Shown one piece after another: positions 12,997 to 25,931 of a DNA stretch of 64,000 nucleotides; the stretch's first letter is position 1, and every line of letters starts with the position of its first letter. The stretch comes from Octopus sinensis. Its lineage: Eukaryota. The notes below the pieces were generated by a model. That model saw nothing but the letters and a program-made list of their open reading frames with translations, was not told the origin of the DNA and made no database searches. The stretch spans positions 54,994,001 through 55,058,000 of the forward strand of contig NC_042997.1 in assembly GCF_006345805.1 (NCBI RefSeq), written 5' to 3'. The position numbers and the translations under genes were made by a program.

Positions 12997-13281
12997 CTGT
13001 TGAATAATTTATAAAGCTTGTTGTCTTTCTGGAAGTGTTTGTTGATTAAAGATAGAAATTATTTTGCCACGCAGGTTATAACGTTCTTGCTGAACGTGAA
13101 CGTTCTTGTATATAATCCATCCACTACAAAAGAAAAATAAAAAAGCACTAGGGAGAGAAATACGATCTGTTTCAATCAACCGTGTTCAGTAAGAACGTTA
13201 TAACCTTCGGGGCAAAACAATTCCTCTCCTTAATCAACAAACATTTCCACAGACATCAAACTTCATAAATTATTCAACAGG
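12997..13281. mobile_element. Fold-back MITE with about 100-bp imperfect inverted arms
   Basis: 12997-13097 (CCTGTTGAATAATTTAT...GGTTATAACGTTCTTGCTGAAC) is the reverse complement of 13184-13281. Confidence 0.75.
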
Positions 13282-13469
13282 AAAAATTATTTCGTTGCAT
13301 AACTACAGAATCCTTCAGCAGAATAAAAATAGAACAAACCGAAGAGGAGATAACTGCAAGTGTCGAAACAACCATGCCGCGTATATGACACTTTTGGTGC
13401 ACTGACAACTATATCACCCCACCCATTAAATTAAACATTGAAAATAACACAATTGTATACTCATAGTTT

Positions 13470-13506
<37 letters not shown>

Positions 13507-13796
13507 TGAGGGGGACAAAGAGAGAAAAGAAGAGAGTGAGAGTGAGAAAGAGGGAGAGAGAGAAAGAGAGAGCGCGAGATGGAAACTTGACTTAGATCTC
13601 TTACTCTGGAATGTTTATGTGTTATGGACAGGTTTTTGAGTTGTATAAAAACGCACAATTCTTTACAATGACTGACCAATTTCCTCTCGGTAAAAAGTCA
13701 CTTAACTGTACTCCCAGCTTCCTCGGTGAAAATATGAACTGTAAACATGCATAGAGATCGATTTCTTCAACCTGTACCTAGCATGAAACAGGTTTG

Positions 13797-13910
13797 CATG
13801 TATGTATGTATGTATGTATGTATGTATGTATGTATGTATGTATGTATGTATGTATGTATGTATGTATGTATGTATATATACATACATGTATATATTTATA
13901 TACATACGTG

Positions 13911-13942
<32 letters not shown>

Positions 13943-13944
13943 CG

Positions 13945-14002
<58 letters not shown>
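13797..14002. repeat. Compound (TATG)n-(TA)n microsatellite
   Basis: Direct reading; source of several spurious ORFs in the track. Confidence 0.95.
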
Positions 14003-14005
<3 letters not shown>

Positions 14006-14269
14006 GTGGTTATTGACAAGTTAAAGTCTATTCTCGGCATATTTGGCATTGGAATTTTTTCTTTTGCCGTTGTTTATAAGTTGTTTATAAATTTCACCTT
14101 CAAAAATATTTTTTAATATGTTGGCCACTGATAAATTTTTCCTTTTGAAAATTTTATCCTATATTATATATATATAGTTATGTACACGCGCGCACCCACA
14201 CACATTTATATCTAAATCTATATCTATATCTGTATATTGGAAAATGTGTGAGATCCTTGGTACAGTTAG

Positions 14270-14425
14270 GTATATTTGAATAAAGAAAAAGTATGATTTT
14301 CATGATAGTTCTAATCAGTTTAATTTTATTATTTTTTAATTTTTTAAATTATACAAATTAAAAATAATAAATTAAACTGATTAGAACTAGCATTGGAGTA
14401 ATTTTTTTTGTTTTTTCAAATATAT
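14270..14425. mobile_element. AT-rich palindromic MITE
   Basis: TAGTTCTAATCAGTTTAATTTTATTATT (from 14306) pairs with AATAATAAATTAAACTGATTAGAACTA (to 14389); weaker pairing extends outward. Confidence 0.6.
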
Positions 14426-14464
14426 CTCTGGATGTGTGTGTATATATATATGGGGAGAGTTCAC

Positions 14465-14700
14465 GAAAAAAACAAAAGACGAAGACAGGTGCTGTAGAAA
14501 ACAAACAGATGTATTAGTATAACGCTCAGGAATTGAAAAAAGTATTTTACGTTTCGAGCCTACGCTCTTCTACAAAGAAAGAAAAGAATGTGTGTAGTGG
14601 CTACTGATCTATCATGGCGACTGCCGGACAAAAGGGTCACACAGGAGAGCGAAGAAGTAGGGGAGATAACAAAGTAAAGATGAACCCCACAACGAAGGTG
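14465..14700 (-). mobile_element. Second copy of the hammerhead-bearing repeat of 5370-5535
   Basis: Minus strand TTGTAGA-A-GAGC-GTAG-GCTC-GAAA-CG-TA-AAA at 14545-14577. Confidence 0.65.
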
Positions 14701-14799
14701 CGTGCGTGTATAAGAGAGTACGTGTTTTCTTGTGAAAGAGGGCTGGTGGTCTTGACGTGTTCGTGTGTGTATGTGTAGGTGTGAAAATGTGAGGATGGG

Positions 14800-15450
14800 A
14801 ATTGGTTAGTGCTGGTGTGTGGGTGGTGTGTTGTGATATGATGTGTAGTGTGGTGCGATGTTGTTGGGAGGTGGGTGAGGTGAGAATGGGAAAGCACGGG
14901 TGAGGTGTGGGTTAGGCTGTGGGTTGGGGTGGAGTTGGGGTATGTGGGTAGGCAGAGGGTGGGGTTTGTGGGTAGGCAGAGGGTGGGCGTAGAGGTGGGG
15001 TATGTGGGAGAAGATGTAAGGGATGGGATGGGGTAGAATGGGATGGGAAGGATAGGGAAGGTGGATTAGGAATGTGTAGGGGTGGGTTGGGTTTATGGGG
15101 GGGTTGACGATGAAGAGGAAGAGGAAGGTGAGTATGTAGGAAGAGAGAAAGAGAGTAAGAGAGAAGAGAGAAGAGAGAAAGAGAGAGTGAGGGAGTAAGG
15201 GAGAAGAGAGAAAGAGAGTAAGAGAGAAGAGAGAAGAGAGAGGAGAGAAAAAGAGTAAGAGAGAAAGAGAGAGTGAGAGAGAAGAGAGAAAGAGAGAAGA
15301 GAGAAAGAGAGTAAGAGAGAAGAGAGAAAGAGAGTAGGAGTGAAGAGAGTTGGAGTGAAGAGACGTAGGAGTCAAAGCAAGAGAGGGGAGGTAGGTGGGA
15401 GGGGAGAGAGGTAAGGGGAGGAGGTTAGATGACGAGGGGAGGGGAGTTGA
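14800..15450 (+). repeat. G/purine-rich complex low-complexity tract (GTGGGT-type units, then GAGAAGAGAGAAAGAGAGTAA-type units)
   Basis: Direct reading. Confidence 0.85.
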
Positions 15451-15681
15451 GCCCAAATGGTATAAAGGAGCGAAGAGAGAAGATTAATCCCTGTTCATGG
15501 CGCAAATGTGTGTAACTACATGAGTGTACATGTTTGGATGAAGAAAAAAGAAAATTTTTACACTGTGCGATCATTTGTGCTTCTACACACGTTATAAAAA
15601 ACTATGAGTAACGACGGACGGGGTGTGAATCGCTAACATTGAATGAATATATATGCGGCTGTATCTCTCTCTTTCTCTTTT

Positions 15682-15734
<53 letters not shown>

Positions 15735-16293
15735 TCTACTTTATACTGTTTTCTCCATCTTTCTCTAATCCCCCTTTTCTCCCCTCCCTCCTTCACCTTT
15801 TTCTATATATCTCTCTCTCTCCTCCTTTATCCTTTTTTCTCTCTCTCCTGTTGCTCATTCATGACCATCGTCCATCTTTCTTTTCCTGCACATACGTTCA
15901 AAAGAACGGACATGTCTTTTCTCTTTCTCTTCTATCTTTTGAAAAAAATAAGTTTCTCCCAGCGTTCACTATTTCTCTCTCGTTGTAGTCGAAAGACCTT
16001 CCATGCATGTTTTCGTTCGGTTTCTTTGTATGTCTCCACTGTCATGTTTTTGTTCCCAGTTTTGACCCTCCATAAATCCTAAATTTTATCTTAGAATTTA
16101 TGGGAGCAACTGTCTTTGAAGACTCATATTGTCGGTGAATGCTCGAAATGAGGAGGAGATAGATAGCCGACAACTGATGAAAGGTCCTTTCTCTGTGTTT
16201 ACTTGTCCTGTTTTACATTTCTCTTGTGGTTTACGTATTTAACTCGTTTGTTTACGTATTTCATGTTAACGGATCATTGGTGACGTCCCGTAT

Positions 16294-16367
<74 letters not shown>

Positions 16368-16577
16368 GTGCGTGTGCGCGTATATTACACCACATCACAC
16401 ACCACCACACAACACCACCCCACCACATACCACCATACCACACCACAACACATCACACCACCCCGCACACACTAGCACTGATCACTTCCCAGCACCCATA
16501 CCAGCGAACACACGCACATACACACTTTCACATACATACGCACGCGTACCTTCGTTTTGGGATCACCACTATAGTAG

Positions 16578-16682
16578 AGGCTATAGTAGAAGACACTTGC
16601 CCAAGGTGCCACATAGTGGGACTGAATCCGGAACCATGTGGTAGGTAAGCAAGCTACTAACCACACAGCTAGTCCTGCGTCT
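16578..16682 (-). mobile_element. 5' part of SINE C
   Basis: Reverse complement of the tRNA head and core (AGAAGACACTTGCCCAAGGTGCC). Confidence 0.8.
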
Positions 16683-16752
16683 TTATATTTATATCTCTAT
16701 CTATCTATATATTATATCTCTATCTATCTATCTATCTATCTATCTATAAACG

Positions 16753-17152
16753 TTGTTTTATCAGTTTCAGCTCAAAGCTGTGGCCATACTGAGGCACCGC
16801 CGTTTTGCTATACTTTTATTATTGAGAGCCTCCTCTGATATGTAGCATTTGGTGAATAAGAGAGTTTGATGTCGCTACCCTCAGTTGCGCTTCATGCCGC
16901 GAGGTAGGTTCATCTGGGACTCACGACAAGAAGAGATCAAGTTTTGATTTGAAAACACCTATATCTACTTTGTCTAGGTCCCTCAGGCTCTTTGGAAGAA
17001 TATTAAAAAGTTGTGGGGCCCTGAAACCTAGGCTGTTGCAGTAACTGGTCCTGAAGCGCGACGGCATTGCTGGGATCTTTGGCACTGCGTAGGGGCGACT
17101 CATTCTGGCATTTGTGTAGCTTTCAATGCCAAAATATGGCATAATCTCTTCC
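16753..17152 (-). mobile_element. 5'-truncated CR1-type LINE, 3' 400 bp
   Basis: ORF 16921-17154 (PKIPAMPSRFRTSYCNSLGFRAPQLFNILPKSLRDL...FKSKLDLFLS) and 3' UTR nearly identical to 19031-19440. Confidence 0.9.
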
Positions 17153-17157
17153 ATATA

Positions 17158-18549
17158 TAATAGCGAGCAAGAGAAAAAGAGAACGATTCATATTTTTTTA
17201 AATTTCGGAAAAGCCAGTAAACGTACAAATTCTTAATTGGTTTCGTAAATACGGTTAACCAATAGTTAAAGTCTGAAAAATCTAAGTTTGTACAATGGTC
17301 TTAATAAAAGTTAATAGCACTAAAACTAATTTCGTCCAAATGTCTCTTGTGCAAAAGAAGAGAACAATCAAACCAAAAACTGCTTCAATTAACTCAAAAC
17401 CATAATAATGATTGAAAGAAAAGTAAATATGAACTTAATACAGTTAGTATGGTGTATGTAGACCTTTGTTGGAGACCACCTCAGCACATCGATTGCCACA
17501 GGAGATAACAAGTTTCCTGCACAAGTCAGGTGTTACTTTCTTCCATTCCTCTTCTAATATATCCCATAAATTCGTTGTAGTAGTTGGTGTCGTTTGTGTT
17601 ACTCTGTCTCCAAGTATCTTCCAAAGGTTTTCAATTGGATTTAAGTCTGGACTTTATGCTGGCCACTTCATTACTTGGATATTTTGTTCACTAAATAATC
17701 CAGTGACAGGCCTTGCAGTATGAGAAGAGGAGTTGTTTTGCATGAAAATGCACGGTTGATTCGGAAATGTTCGTAATGATGGGATCACATGCTGTTTAAC
17801 CAAATTCAAATAGATATTAGTATTAAAAGTCCCTTTAATCTGCACTAGAGGGCCAACTCCTTCAGAAGAAATCATTCCCCACACCATGACGCTTCCTCCT
17901 CTAAACTTGGCAGATTTCTTCAGGCAGTTGGATTTTAGCCGATCTTTTAGCCGATTTTAGCCGATCTTTTAGCCGATCGTCTACCAACTGAACCTACTAA
18001 ATTGAATTTGCTTTCATCGCTAAAATGAACTTTTGACCAGTTTTCCTCCCTCCAGTTCACCTGAGCTTCTGCAAACGAAAGCCTTTCCAATTTGTTCTTC
18101 TTGCTGATGGTCGGTTTCGTTGCCGGAGAACAAGTCTTTAATCCATTATTTACTTTTATTTTCTTAGAAATTCTTACCGCAGTCTCGAAAGTATCCTTCA
18201 ATACGTACCGTTTCATGACTCCATTATCTTGAATGGTGGTTTTGCGTGGTCTACCAGTTGCCTTTTTTTGTTCAAATTCTTTAGTTTTTCATAGAGCTTA
18301 AGAACATGTGAAACTACACAATAAGATCTCCTTACGTCTCGTGAAATACCGAGAGAGTCATTCCTGAAACTTACATCCTGACAATTTCTTTTCGGAGATC
18401 GAGAGTAAATTCAGCATGGTGTGCCATGTTCGGAAGCTAGCACAACACTGAGACGGTAGTAAGGTTGAGCTTGCAAATGTAAACAATGTTTGAGATTTCC
18501 TGAAATTTCTGAAGGTAACTAATCGTCCCCTTTTTTTTGCTCGCTACTG
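17158..18549 (-). mobile_element. Tc1-family DNA transposon, complete ends, decayed transposase
   Basis: TIRs (TAATAGCGAGCAAGAGAAAAAG at 17158; reverse complement CAGTAGCGAGCAAAAAAAAGGGGACGA ending 18549), TA flanks on both sides. Confidence 0.92.
17444..18427 (-). pseudogene. Tc1 transposase (DD34E type) pseudogene
   Basis: MAHHAEFTLDLRKEIV...; WSKVHFSDESKFNL; GGSVMVWGMIS; FMQNNSSSH; KWPAQSPDLNPIENLW; stops and frameshifts. Confidence 0.9.
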
Positions 18550-18558
18550 TATATATTA

Positions 18559-18669
18559 AAGTTAGATAAGGCCGCTTTATGGGATTACCTTAGGTTTCAT
18601 GTCCATAAAGGGCTAAACTTTATGGACGTGAAACCTAAGATAATCCCATAAACCTGCCTTATCTAACTT
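18559..18669. repeat. 111-bp palindrome (52-bp arms, 4 mismatches, 7-nt loop)
   Basis: AAGTTAGATAAGG...GTCCATAAAG ggctaaa CTTTATGGAC...CCTTATCTAACTT. Confidence 0.9.
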
Positions 18670-18698
18670 ATACATACATACATACATACATACATACA

Positions 18699-18732
<34 letters not shown>

Positions 18733-18916
18733 CACTCACACAGACATACATATATGTGTATATATGTGGGGCGCGCGTAGAAACTCTACGAGCCACATGG
18801 TCTGAAAATTCTTATATTTGTTCGTATATATATCCTCACACACATGAACTTAAAAATGTCTCTCTATCATACATACATGGTTACACGCATATACATATGC
18901 ATATATATCTATATAT

Positions 18917-19025
18917 TATATCGCCTCGGTTTTCGAACAACTCTGATCACGAACAAATCGTGCTTTATATATATATATAAAGCACGATTTATTCGTGATC
19001 AGAGTTGTTCGATCAGGTACTACTG
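18917..19025. mobile_element. pogo/Tigger-like mini fold-back element with an 80-bp palindrome centred on (TA)n
   Basis: 18933-19012 palindrome with one mismatch; right end reads CAGTAGTACC on the minus strand followed by TA; left end CCTCGGTTTTCGAAC. Confidence 0.6.
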
Positions 19026-19030
19026 TAAAT

Positions 19031-22000
19031 ATTTTATATTTTATGTTTTACCAGTTTCAACTCAAAGCTGTGGCCATGCTGGGGCACCGCTGTTTTGCTA
19101 CATTGTTATTACTTAGAGCCTCCACTCATATGTGGCATTTGGGGAATAAGGAAGTTTGATGTCGTTACCCTCATTTGTACCTTCTACCGCAAGATAGATT
19201 CATCTGGGAAAGAGATCCAGTTTAGATTTGAAAACACGTAAATCCACTTTGTGTAGGTTACGCAGTCGTTTTGGGAGAATATTAAGAGGCTGTGGGTCCG
19301 TGAAACCCAGGCTGTTGCAGTAACTGGTAATGAAGCGCGACGGCATTGCTGGGATCTTTGGCATTGTGGAGTGGCGACCCATTCTGGCATTTGTATAGCT
19401 TTCAATACCAATATTTGCCACAATCTTTTCCAGGATCTTCCAGATGTATATTACTGCATATCTTTCCCACCTTCGCTGCAGGGTGTAGTGTGTTAGCTGC
19501 TTCAGCCTTTCCCAGTAGCTGAGCTGTTGCAATGAGACGATCTTTATGAAACTTCGCTGATTTGCATCAAGGTCCGCTGTTAATTTTACACTGTGGGGTG
19601 ACCATAGCTGGGAGCAGTAGTCCAGGCATCTGAGGATGAATGTGCCCCAGAAGACTAACGTAGTTTCCTTCTCTCTGGTTCTGAAGGTTCTCAGGATCCA
19701 TCAACCAGCGTCTGCACTTTGTTGCCATCTTGGTAATGTGCACTTGGAAAGAGGTGTCATTACTCATGTCGATACCAAGGTCCCGCACTGACTTAGGTTC
19801 TGGGATTGTAATCCCCTGTGGGCCAGTGTACCCTGTAAGTTTTACATTTAGTTTTGGTCGCTGTTAGCGTAGAATTTGGAAATTTCCAGCATTAAACTGC
19901 ATGTTATTATCCTTAGCCCATCTGTAAATTGAGTCCAACTCCTGCTGCAAGTGTGCACTATCGCTAGGGTTTTGTAATTTCTGCGAGACTTTCGTATCAT
20001 CTGCATTGCCAGCTAGGGGGGCTATCCGGGCAGCTGAGGGCATATCTGAGAAGGCCACTATGAAAAGCAGTGGTCTCAAGAAATGCCATGTGGAACACCA
20101 CTGACTATTTGTGTTACCTTTCAGGTGGCTTCATTGGCCACCACTGCCTGACTTCTATCTTTCAAAAAGTAATGTAACCACTCCGAGTAATGTAAATTCC
20201 GAGATCACGCGATCCACTTTATCAAAAGTCCACATTTGAGTTGTTGAGTAACTGCCTCAACATCCAGTCATAGTGCTGTAGGAGCAGGGTCAGGCAGCTC
20301 CTACCCGGTCGAAAACTATGCTGGGTATCGCTCAGCAAGCCATTTGCAAGAAAACTCTGGAAGAGAGTCTGTAGTGGTTTCGGCAGGGCACGCTTATACG
20401 ATTTGAGGAGGATTACTGGGAAACCACCAGGGCCAGCAGTTGTGTTTGCGCCCACCTCATCTATGGCTAGTCTTATATCTTCTTCACCTATGTTGATATA
20501 ATCCACCGTAACTGCCTCGCTGGTTATAGTTGAGGGGACAAAGAAATCAATCCACTGGTTCGTTCACTTGTCTGTGTTCCAACGGGGTGGTAAAAGTACT
20601 TTTGAACTGGTCGTTCAGAACCTCATGGATCCTGGTTGAGTTATCTGTGAGGAGGCTTTGGGTTTGACTCGATATTTTTTATAACCCAAGTGTCTTTGTC
20701 TGCTCTCTCCCTCACATAGGATTGTTGTAGGCTTTTTTCAGTCTCCATTAGTGTTGTTTTTAGGTGGGAACTTTCACTACTTTTGGTTGGTTGAAGCGAT
20801 TTGCAACCTTCGCCCGTCGTCTCATGAGGATCTTCCTGTCCCTTGGAATCTTGTTCGTTTTGTGTTGGCCTTGTGCTCTGGCATATGGTTTGCATAACAG
20901 ACATGGAATATTCTAGTTTCATGCCAATATCTATTGTGGAGAGACATTTCGGTCTGTCCTGTCTGAGGATCTCTTTTTGGATCGATTTCCAGTCTGCTTC
21001 GTGGAAGTTCAGATTGGAGAGATTTTGAGTGCTTCCTTTAGGCTGTATGTCTCTGGCTAATTTTGGTCCATACATAGTTCTATTATATTATGATCCTAAA
21101 CTAATGTCTTCGTCACTTTCACATTATGATCGATGTCCATATTGTGTGTAAAGCAGAGATCCAAAAATGTTATTCACCCTAATTGGTCTGAGCACATCTT
21201 GTTCTATGAATAGGGCATTAGTGAGGGACTTGTACTTGTTTGCAATGAGTAATTCCTGAGAGCAAGAAGCCTTCGGGTCATTTGACACTGGGGAAGTTGA
21301 AATCACCTATAAGAAACACGCACACGTGATATTCCAGTTTCATGAGGATTTCTTTTATTCTTGGGAGGCAATCTTCAAACTTGCCTATGTGGTTTGGAGC
21401 AGCTGGTGGGCGATATGTATTGCATATGACTATATTGTGTTGCCTTATATATACAACTAGTGTCATATACTGAATAATTTGAGTATGCCAGTAGGACCTG
21501 GGGTGTGAGGTCCTCACGGATGTATACAGCAACTCCACAGTGGCCTTCTTTTTATTTCTGTTTGTTCGTAGTGTGGTATATTTTGGTACGTGTACTTCTG
21601 CATCCTCTATATAAGGACTCGAGTTTCCATAGGGCTTGATTGCATGCAGCAAGGTCTCTCAGAAAAAAAATTTGCATTTGTTGTTGTGATGCAACAGGCC
21701 TCCAATATTTAGTAAAAATATTGGTGTGACAACTGTGCAGGCTTTAGGGGAGGCGATCTCGTGTCTGTTGATTGTGGTGGTCTTGCGCCGTGGTGGATAA
21801 GGTTCCGTGCTTGCGCTTGATGTAGCCAGGTCAGCTGCTGCACAATCTTTTGCGCCATGCACAAAAAGACTCTTGCTCAGCTACTACCTTGTGCATAATA
21901 TCTGAAGCGCGCACTGCATTTGCATACTTTCTCTTTGGAGACGGTTGATGCTTTCCCCAGGAAAGTATTTCTCCTTAAGGCCCCTACAATTTTGGCGGGG

Positions 22001-22520
22001 TCTCGGAGTGAACAAACCGGCAGTTTGTGCCGTCTTCCCCATCCCAACATTTGCCTTGCAGATAAAATTTGCATGTCCTTGTCTTCACTCCAAATTTTTT
22101 CTCTTTTCTGTAGTTTCGGATTCCATTGGTGCCTCCATATTTGAGTTGTTTTTTGTTTTTTATTTGGTGGTTTTGGGTTTCGGTTTTAGTTTCATCTTTT
22201 CCTTTTCCTTTCTCTCCCCTTCCTTCTTTATGTTTGTGGTCCTGGTTTTTCCTTCCTTCACAGGTGGTAGCCCTTACATTCCTCTGGTTTTCCATAGAGG
22301 TGAGTGCTCCATTCTTTTGTGGGACTACTGGCATAGAGGGATTTCTGGTTGTTGCTTCTTCCTCTTCCCTATCTTTATCAACCTGGTTGATTACAGGGGT
22401 GGGGGATCCATTCTTTGGTGGAACCACTGAATCAGAGGGTCTTCTGGTTCTGGCTTCATCTTCCCTATTCTTATCACTGTTATTTTCCATGATGACATCA
22501 AGAGTCAATATGTGGTCTAA
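19031..22520 (-). mobile_element. Near full-length, decayed CR1-clade LINE (CCCH zinc fingers, APE, RT)
   Basis: N-terminal ORF with CKFYLQGKCWDGEDGTNCRFVH; APE motifs LLNIGGL, DAEVHVPKY, YRPP, LIGDFNFP; RT motifs QHSFRPGRSCLTLLL, NADDTKV, NNMQFN; (TAAAA)-like tail at 19031-19050; internal deletions. Confidence 0.92.
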
Positions 22521-23163
22521 TACAGGATACAGGATTATGTTTTCGTTTAAAAAGTGTTTTCATAACAGTTTTCCTTATAATAGTGTATATTTTCAGAAGG
22601 TGAGTTTTTACACGTGCGCGTTTACACACACACACACACGCACACGCACACGCACACGCACGCACACACACACAAAATAAAATTAAATGAAAATAAAGAA
22701 AGAGACAGTAAGTTACATTTTACCGAATAGTTTTCCTATAGGAAAAAGTTTTCATACAAGCAAAGTTTTTGCATAAAAGTTTTATTAAATAAATTTTAGT
22801 GATGTTACATCCAAAATATCAGATAAAAACATGAAATAATAGAATTTTGTTTTTAAATAAAAGAGGGTTTTGCTTTTCCAGAAAGTATCTACTCAGGTTT
22901 TTTTGAAGATGTTATTCATGTTGTTTCTGATGTTGGTGTACTTGTTCCTGTTTTTATCAGACCAAACCCCGTGAAAGGATGGTGTAAACATATCTTAAGT
23001 TTATAATTCTAATTACTCCAATCCACATATGTATTGACAACTTTAAAAAGCATGATATCCATCTTTAGAAGAGCTTAAATTCGTGGGGTTTTTCACAATT
23101 TTAGCAAAACTGAAAAATGTTGCAAAAAATTTACTGTGGATGATTTAAACTTTTTAAAAGTAT

Positions 23164-23602
<439 letters not shown>

Positions 23603-23685
23603 TTTTTTTAAATAATTCGTCTACAGAGAGAGAGAGAGGGAGAGAGAGAGAGTGAGAGAGAGAGAAAGAGAGAGAGAGCGAGAGC

Positions 23686-23716
<31 letters not shown>

Positions 23717-23869
23717 CGAGAGAGAGAGAGAGCGAGAGAGCGAGAGAGAGAGAGCGAGAGAGAGAGGGAGAGAGGGAGAGAGGGAGAGAGCTGTATAATG
23801 TATATTCAATGGAAGCAAAGGGTATATAATTAAAATCATTACACTCACATCAATGGTTTTATTGATGCA

Positions 23870-24122
23870 ATGCCAGAACTCTTCAAGATTTGCAATTTAG
23901 TTCTGACAATTTCTTCGACTTCCGCGTCTCTAGAGCGGTTCTCCTCACTTTTTTTGGGGCATTAAAGAGAAGTAAACTCTACCAGAGAAACAAAATAGAA
24001 GCGAAACGATTTTCAGGGTTGAATCTGATATCAATTAACAAAGCTTTACCCAAAAACTAATTGAAATAGATGTCTATGATATATTGGATCTTGAAAGGTT
24101 GAAGAATTCAACTTATGAATGA
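23870..24122 (+). pseudogene. hAT transposase C-terminal dimerisation-domain remnant
   Basis: MPELFKICNLVLTISSTSASLERFSS/ALKRSKLYQRNKIEAKRFSGLNLISINK, matching the hATC TSASxERSFSxLKxIK...RL motif. Confidence 0.8.
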
Positions 24123-24459
24123 GGTAAGTAAATACTTGGTCCTGCTACGAAGCTAAATAGATACTCTTAAGGAAGTAATTTTTAAAAAAATGATTTAGTT
24201 GAAAATCTATTGATTGACCAATATCGAACTTTACTGCACGTAACTGATACACGCACACACTCACACACAGATGTATGTATGTATATTTGTATGTACGCAT
24301 GCATGTGTGATGTGTTTACATATGTACTCTTTCACTGTTTGCAGCGATATGGCTGTATCTATGGTGTTATATATATGTATATATAGGTAGGTATGCATGT
24401 ATATATATATATATATATCTATACATACACACACACATATCAGTTACATGCAGGAAAAG

Positions 24460-24491
<32 letters not shown>

Positions 24492-25427
24492 ATATATATT
24501 TATTTATTTATATATATATGTCATTATTCAGTTTATTTCAAGATTTTTTGCCAATAGAGAAAGAACCGGTTTCTAACCTAGATCCAAGGTTCTTTCATTG
24601 GAATTTTAACATCAACAACATGGTATTTTTGTTTGTATGTATATATGTATGCATGCACGCATGTATGTATGTATATAGTTGTGTGTATGTATGCATGTAT
24701 GTGCAGATTTGTTTGTTTTATGTATGTGTTCTCATACATATAGTTGCATATCTAGACATGTTTCATATATATTTAAATGAGAAACTACTGGAAAGTTTTG
24801 CAGTTTTTTACAGTTTCAGTGGTGGATTGGATTTGTAGTCTTTGAATTAGCTTTCTCCTTTCCGGTCTTGAGAAGCCCAGTTTCTCAAGATTGGTATTTA
24901 GGCAGTGTGTTACATATCACAGCGCCCCAATAATAACAGGTCTAAACCTGAACTTGTAATCTGGATAGAGTAACTACAGATTTCTCAATAGTTTAGCTTA
25001 GGTGTTCTCTTTTTTACTGATCTTCTGCTTTATGTTAACATCCGCTGGGTATGTATGTATGTATGTATGTATGTATGTATGTATGTATGTATGTATGTAT
25101 GTATGTATGTATGTATGTATGTATGTATGTATGTGTGTGTGTATGTATGTATGCGTGTGTGTGTGTGTATGTATGTATGTATGTTTGTATGTATGTATGC
25201 ATATATGTGTGAGTTTGTGTGTATGTATATATGTATGTATGTATGTATGTACACGACGGTTGCATAATGGAATTCCATTCAACTGTGCACAGAGTATAGG
25301 GATTGATTGACACCCCTTAACTTCAACTCGCTGTTTCACTGAATGCACAATAATGGTAGAACACGACATAAGTAAAAGCGTCCTTTCTTAAGTATTCAGA
25401 ATAGTTGTCAGTTGGTAGATGTTGGAC

Positions 25428-25612
25428 AGTGAAATTCTAGTATGTACATTCAATGTCATCATGCTTTTATTACTGAGCTGTTCTTCGTAAAACTTAACTA
25501 ATGTAATGTCCTCATTCTCATCTGGTGCTCGACGATATATTAATAAAGTTTTAAGTGAAACAGCTCAGCAATAAAAGCATGGTGACATTAAATTTGCATA
25601 CTGGGATTTCAC
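25428..25612. repeat. Imperfect inverted repeat, about 58-bp arms
   Basis: CAGTGAAATTCTAGTATG...ACTGAGCTGTT (25428-25485) vs AACAGCTCAGC...GGGATTTCACTG (25559-25612). Confidence 0.8.
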
Positions 25613-25931
25613 TGGCCAGAATGTGAACCGGAAGACTTCCACACCAATTTTCGTGAAGCCAGCGAGCCACGCATTGGAAAATCCAGCGCAGCGCACCAAA
25701 GAAGGCATAGGCAAAACAAACTGAAGAAAACCTGAAGTCGCAACGCCTCCATTTTAAGCATACTGAGGCTAACGTCATGGTTCGGAAAGCGTGGAATAAC
25801 ATCATCACTAGAGTTCATCATCCAGCAACACCAACATCAGCGTATTGGTTGAGAGGACAGCTTTCCCTACTCCAGTCGCCAGTTTGGGATTGATGAAGAA
25901 AAAGTAGCAGTAGTAGTGGTGACTTACAAAC

